From the human T2T-CHM13v2.0 reference genome, Homo sapiens: 64,000 nt of DNA. The translations under genes and the position numbers were made by a program. This document shows, one piece after another, positions 60,516 through 64,000 of the stretch. Under the pieces are notes generated by a model. That model made no database searches. It was not told where the DNA came from and was given only the letters and a program-made list of their open reading frames with translations. The stretch is taken from assembly GCF_009914755.1 (NCBI RefSeq), contig NC_060932.1; one strand, given 5' to 3'. Within the stretch, counting starts at the first letter, position 1, and each line of letters starts with the position of its first letter.

Positions 60516-62982
60516 GCCTTACACTCAAGTTTCTCAGTCTATTCCTCATCCCGTAATTCCCCACTGATGAAAAGAGTTGTATGGTAGAAAAGAGTTCTAT
60601 ATGCAGTCATTGTAGAAAAAGTATTGGAATGCAGTGCCACAAGAGTTTGTTTAGGCAAACTCACCTGCTCTCTCCTAAAAGGGTCTCTCAGTCACAGAAA
60701 GTTTCCTAAGTGAATGTGTCATAATTCCAATGTAGATCTTAGCCTCAGATTATGAGAAAATGGAATAAGTGACAGAGAGTGAGGTGTCTGTCCATCAGGG
60801 TAGACTTACAATAAATAAACTCACAGAGTGTGAGATGAAAAACTACAGTGCCAATATTTCTTCCTAACATATTTCTCTATATAGCAAATCCAAATAAGAA
60901 GACATCTTAAATTATAAGATATTTATAACTAATTTAGAAAAAAGAAGTAAAAACACCTATTTTAAATAAGAGGGATTATGTGTATATTTCAAATGTTTCA
61001 TAACATCTAACTTAGCTAGTTTTTCATGGTTATCTCCAGAATGCAGTGGTATTTGCCCTATGGGATATAATTACAATGAGCAATGCTAATGTTCACATCT
61101 TAGACTCCACATTTTATGGTTCAATAAGTGAAAAAGCCCCCTTGTTTCTGACAGTCTTTCTTTGAACATGTTGATAGAGTTCAGTTGATTACAAATCTTG
61201 CTAGACCAGATGCCATCTTGTCTTTTTAAAGTGACCATGTTGTTATATTAATTATATTAAGATCCCATTATTTCTAGTTTTTTTCCTGATGATCCTCACT
61301 ATAACATCTACAATAATAATAACATAGTTTTTTTTTTAAATCAGGGTAACTGATTTGTCTACAAATTAAACAACAAGAAGCAACAGCAAAAGCTGCCTCC
61401 AGAATATTCATTTATTCTAATATTTCTATTGTCAAGGAACATATATTATTTTATTAAATCTCTACAATAAGCTTGTGAAGTACATATTAGTACGCTCTAC
61501 ATTTTAAAGATGAAGAAATGTGTAAGTGTTTTATCTATAAAACTTATTAGTGTATGTCTCCTCATTTGGATCTCTGAATTATTAACTAATACAAATTATC
61601 TGCTACTATTAAGTAAACTGTATTTCAGACATTTATGCCACTGTGTCCTTCTGATTTTATTTTCTTATTTTCACACAAAATTAATTCTATACAGTTCAGT
61701 TAATTTTATAAAGTTTATAACCCATTCCAAATTCATAAGAATGACATTTTAAGCTTAAACCTTTTGATATTTGAGTCAATTTAGTCTTATATATTATAGG
61801 AAAAATCTAGGAATCACTCAATAAAAAGATGGCATTAACGGTAGAAATACAAATTAACTCAGAAAGTAAAAATTATTTCTTTAGGTTGTACCTAAGTTTG
61901 AAAGTTTGAGAAAGAATATAATGAATTATGTCAAACATAATTGGATAGCTTTAAGAAGTCTAAGTCCCAGCTGGATTTCCCACTGCCACCCAAGAGCTTA
62001 TATAAAATACTACTGACTTTTAAAAACTAAAGTATTTCAAATTAGAGAGTAGTATTTTTCTGTGATTTTCTTTATTTTTAATTGGGCAGCTGACATCCTG
62101 CTGTTATGAGGGCTATATTAATTACACTTTCTCATTTTATGAGAATATATGCGGAATAGGAAAATTAGTGATAACATATTACTTTTTGAATAAAATGACT
62201 TGTATTTGGTGGTACTTCTGGAATGGCAGAGGGGAGGCCTCCATATAGAGTCTCATACATTAAAAGCAACAAATATACTGGCAAAAATGGTCAAAATCTA
62301 TTTTTTCCAGAGCTATGGGATTTATCCCAAATCTGGAATTAATATAAGGGGTGTTTTTTTCAAGAAAAACTGCTGAACCTTACTAATAATGGCATGGAAT
62401 ATAGCACTGTAACTCAACTGCTCCCACTCCCCTCTTCCCAGTAGGAACCTTCAAAATCAGCAGCCTCCCATCCCTGGTAGCTGTGCAAAACAGCCTCCCA
62501 GCAATCAGGGGGAACAGACCAGATTTGGTGCTCCTCAACGCATTCCTTTCCCCTTGCCCAGAAGACTGTCGCTATTTAACCTATCTTGCATTCCCCTGGA
62601 AAACTCAATTTGCACATGTTGCTGTTATTTGGCCTGACATGGAGATTTCTCCATGGTTAGAGCCCTATCCCCAGCTCATTTGTTTAAAAAAAAAAAAAAG
62701 TTGAAACAATTGTTTAACATTGCAACTGCCTGAAGCTTCTGTGTAAATTGGAACAAGAGCCTGGTCAAAACATAAAAGGAAGGTCTGGGGAAAGACGTGC
62801 TCACAGGGGGCTTTGAAAAGCTCTACCATATTCACAAGGTTATGTGCATGTACAGGCCTGTGTGAATGCTAAGCTGAGAGAGAACCAGTCTCTCACTTAC
62901 GGATGACCTGAGATCCTGCCTAAAAAATAAGTGAAAGCTAAGACAAACTTGTAAATTGTTATAATGTTGAAGTTGTGCCCAA

Positions 62983-63036
62983 ACACACACACAGACACAC
63001 ACAGACACACACAGACACACACACACACACACACAC
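62983..63036. repeat. (CA)n microsatellite with periodic GA interruptions
   Basis: Read directly from the sequence. Confidence 0.92.
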
Positions 63037-63072
63037 CAGAGAGAAAACCTTTTGGGATAAGATGAAAGATGG

Positions 63073-63460
<388 letters not shown>

Positions 63461-63617
63461 CTAGAAAGAATACAGACTTTACAGAATTAACCTGGGAAAG
63501 TCACTAAGTGAACAAATATCAAAACAATGAAAAACAGGTACAGGCAGCAAAACCTGGAAGGGTGAGAATATGATTTCCACTGATGGTACATTCTAGTATT
63601 TAAAATACCATGTTTTC

Positions 63618-63960
63618 TTTTCTTTCTTTCTTTCTTTCCTTCCTTCTTTTCTTTTTTTTTTTTTTTTTTTTTTTTTTGATACAGGGTCTTACTGTCACCC
63701 AGGCTGGAGTACAGTGGCGTGATAACGACTCATGGCAGCCTCAACCTTCCCAGGCTCAAGCCATCCTCCCATTTCAGCCTCCCAAGTACCAGGGACTCCA
63801 GGCGTGCTCCACCATGCACAGCTAATTTTTGTATTTTTTTGTAGGGATGGAATTTCATCATGTTGCCCAGGCTAGGCTCAAATTCCTGGACTCAACTGAT
63901 CCGTCCACCTCAGCCTCCCAAAATGCTGGGATTACAGCTGCGAGCCACCACTTCCTGCAC
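63618..63960 (-). mobile_element. AluJ (Jo-like) with a (TTTC)n/poly-T tail
   Basis: AluJ-type text acagggtctt, gcagcctcaaccttcc and gctcaagccatcctccc; TSD taaaata(c/t)catgttttc at 63601-63617 and 63961-63977. Confidence 0.9.
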
Positions 63961-64000
63961 TAAAATATCATGTTTTCAACAAAAATTATGACACATTTTA

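Overview
This is AT-rich primate genomic DNA, almost certainly human, since it carries a near-consensus AluYa5. It lies inside the CSMD3 gene, which is transcribed on the minus strand. Two coding exons are present: 49483-49705 (223 nt) and 13504-13616 (113 nt, absent from the ORF track). They are joined by a 35,866-nt GT-AG intron and together encode the first CUB domain. The rest is intron, densely filled with L1, Alu, THE1/MLT1 (MaLR), L2, MIR and DNA-transposon remnants. Nearly all other ORFs in the track are retroelement relics or chance ORFs. I found no novel gene system. The points worth a second look are retrotransposition oddities readable from target-site duplications (TSDs): two L1s of different ages stacked at one target site, an L1 inside an Alu carrying a ~35-bp inverted piece from ~2.8 kb upstream in L1, and two THE1 proviruses that lost almost the same 5' LTR/leader segment. 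There is also a twin-primed L1PB1, a very young AluYa5 next to an inverted AluJ, and several quasi-palindromes. Repeat subfamily names come from recalled consensus features, not a database search, and old-repeat boundaries are approximate.
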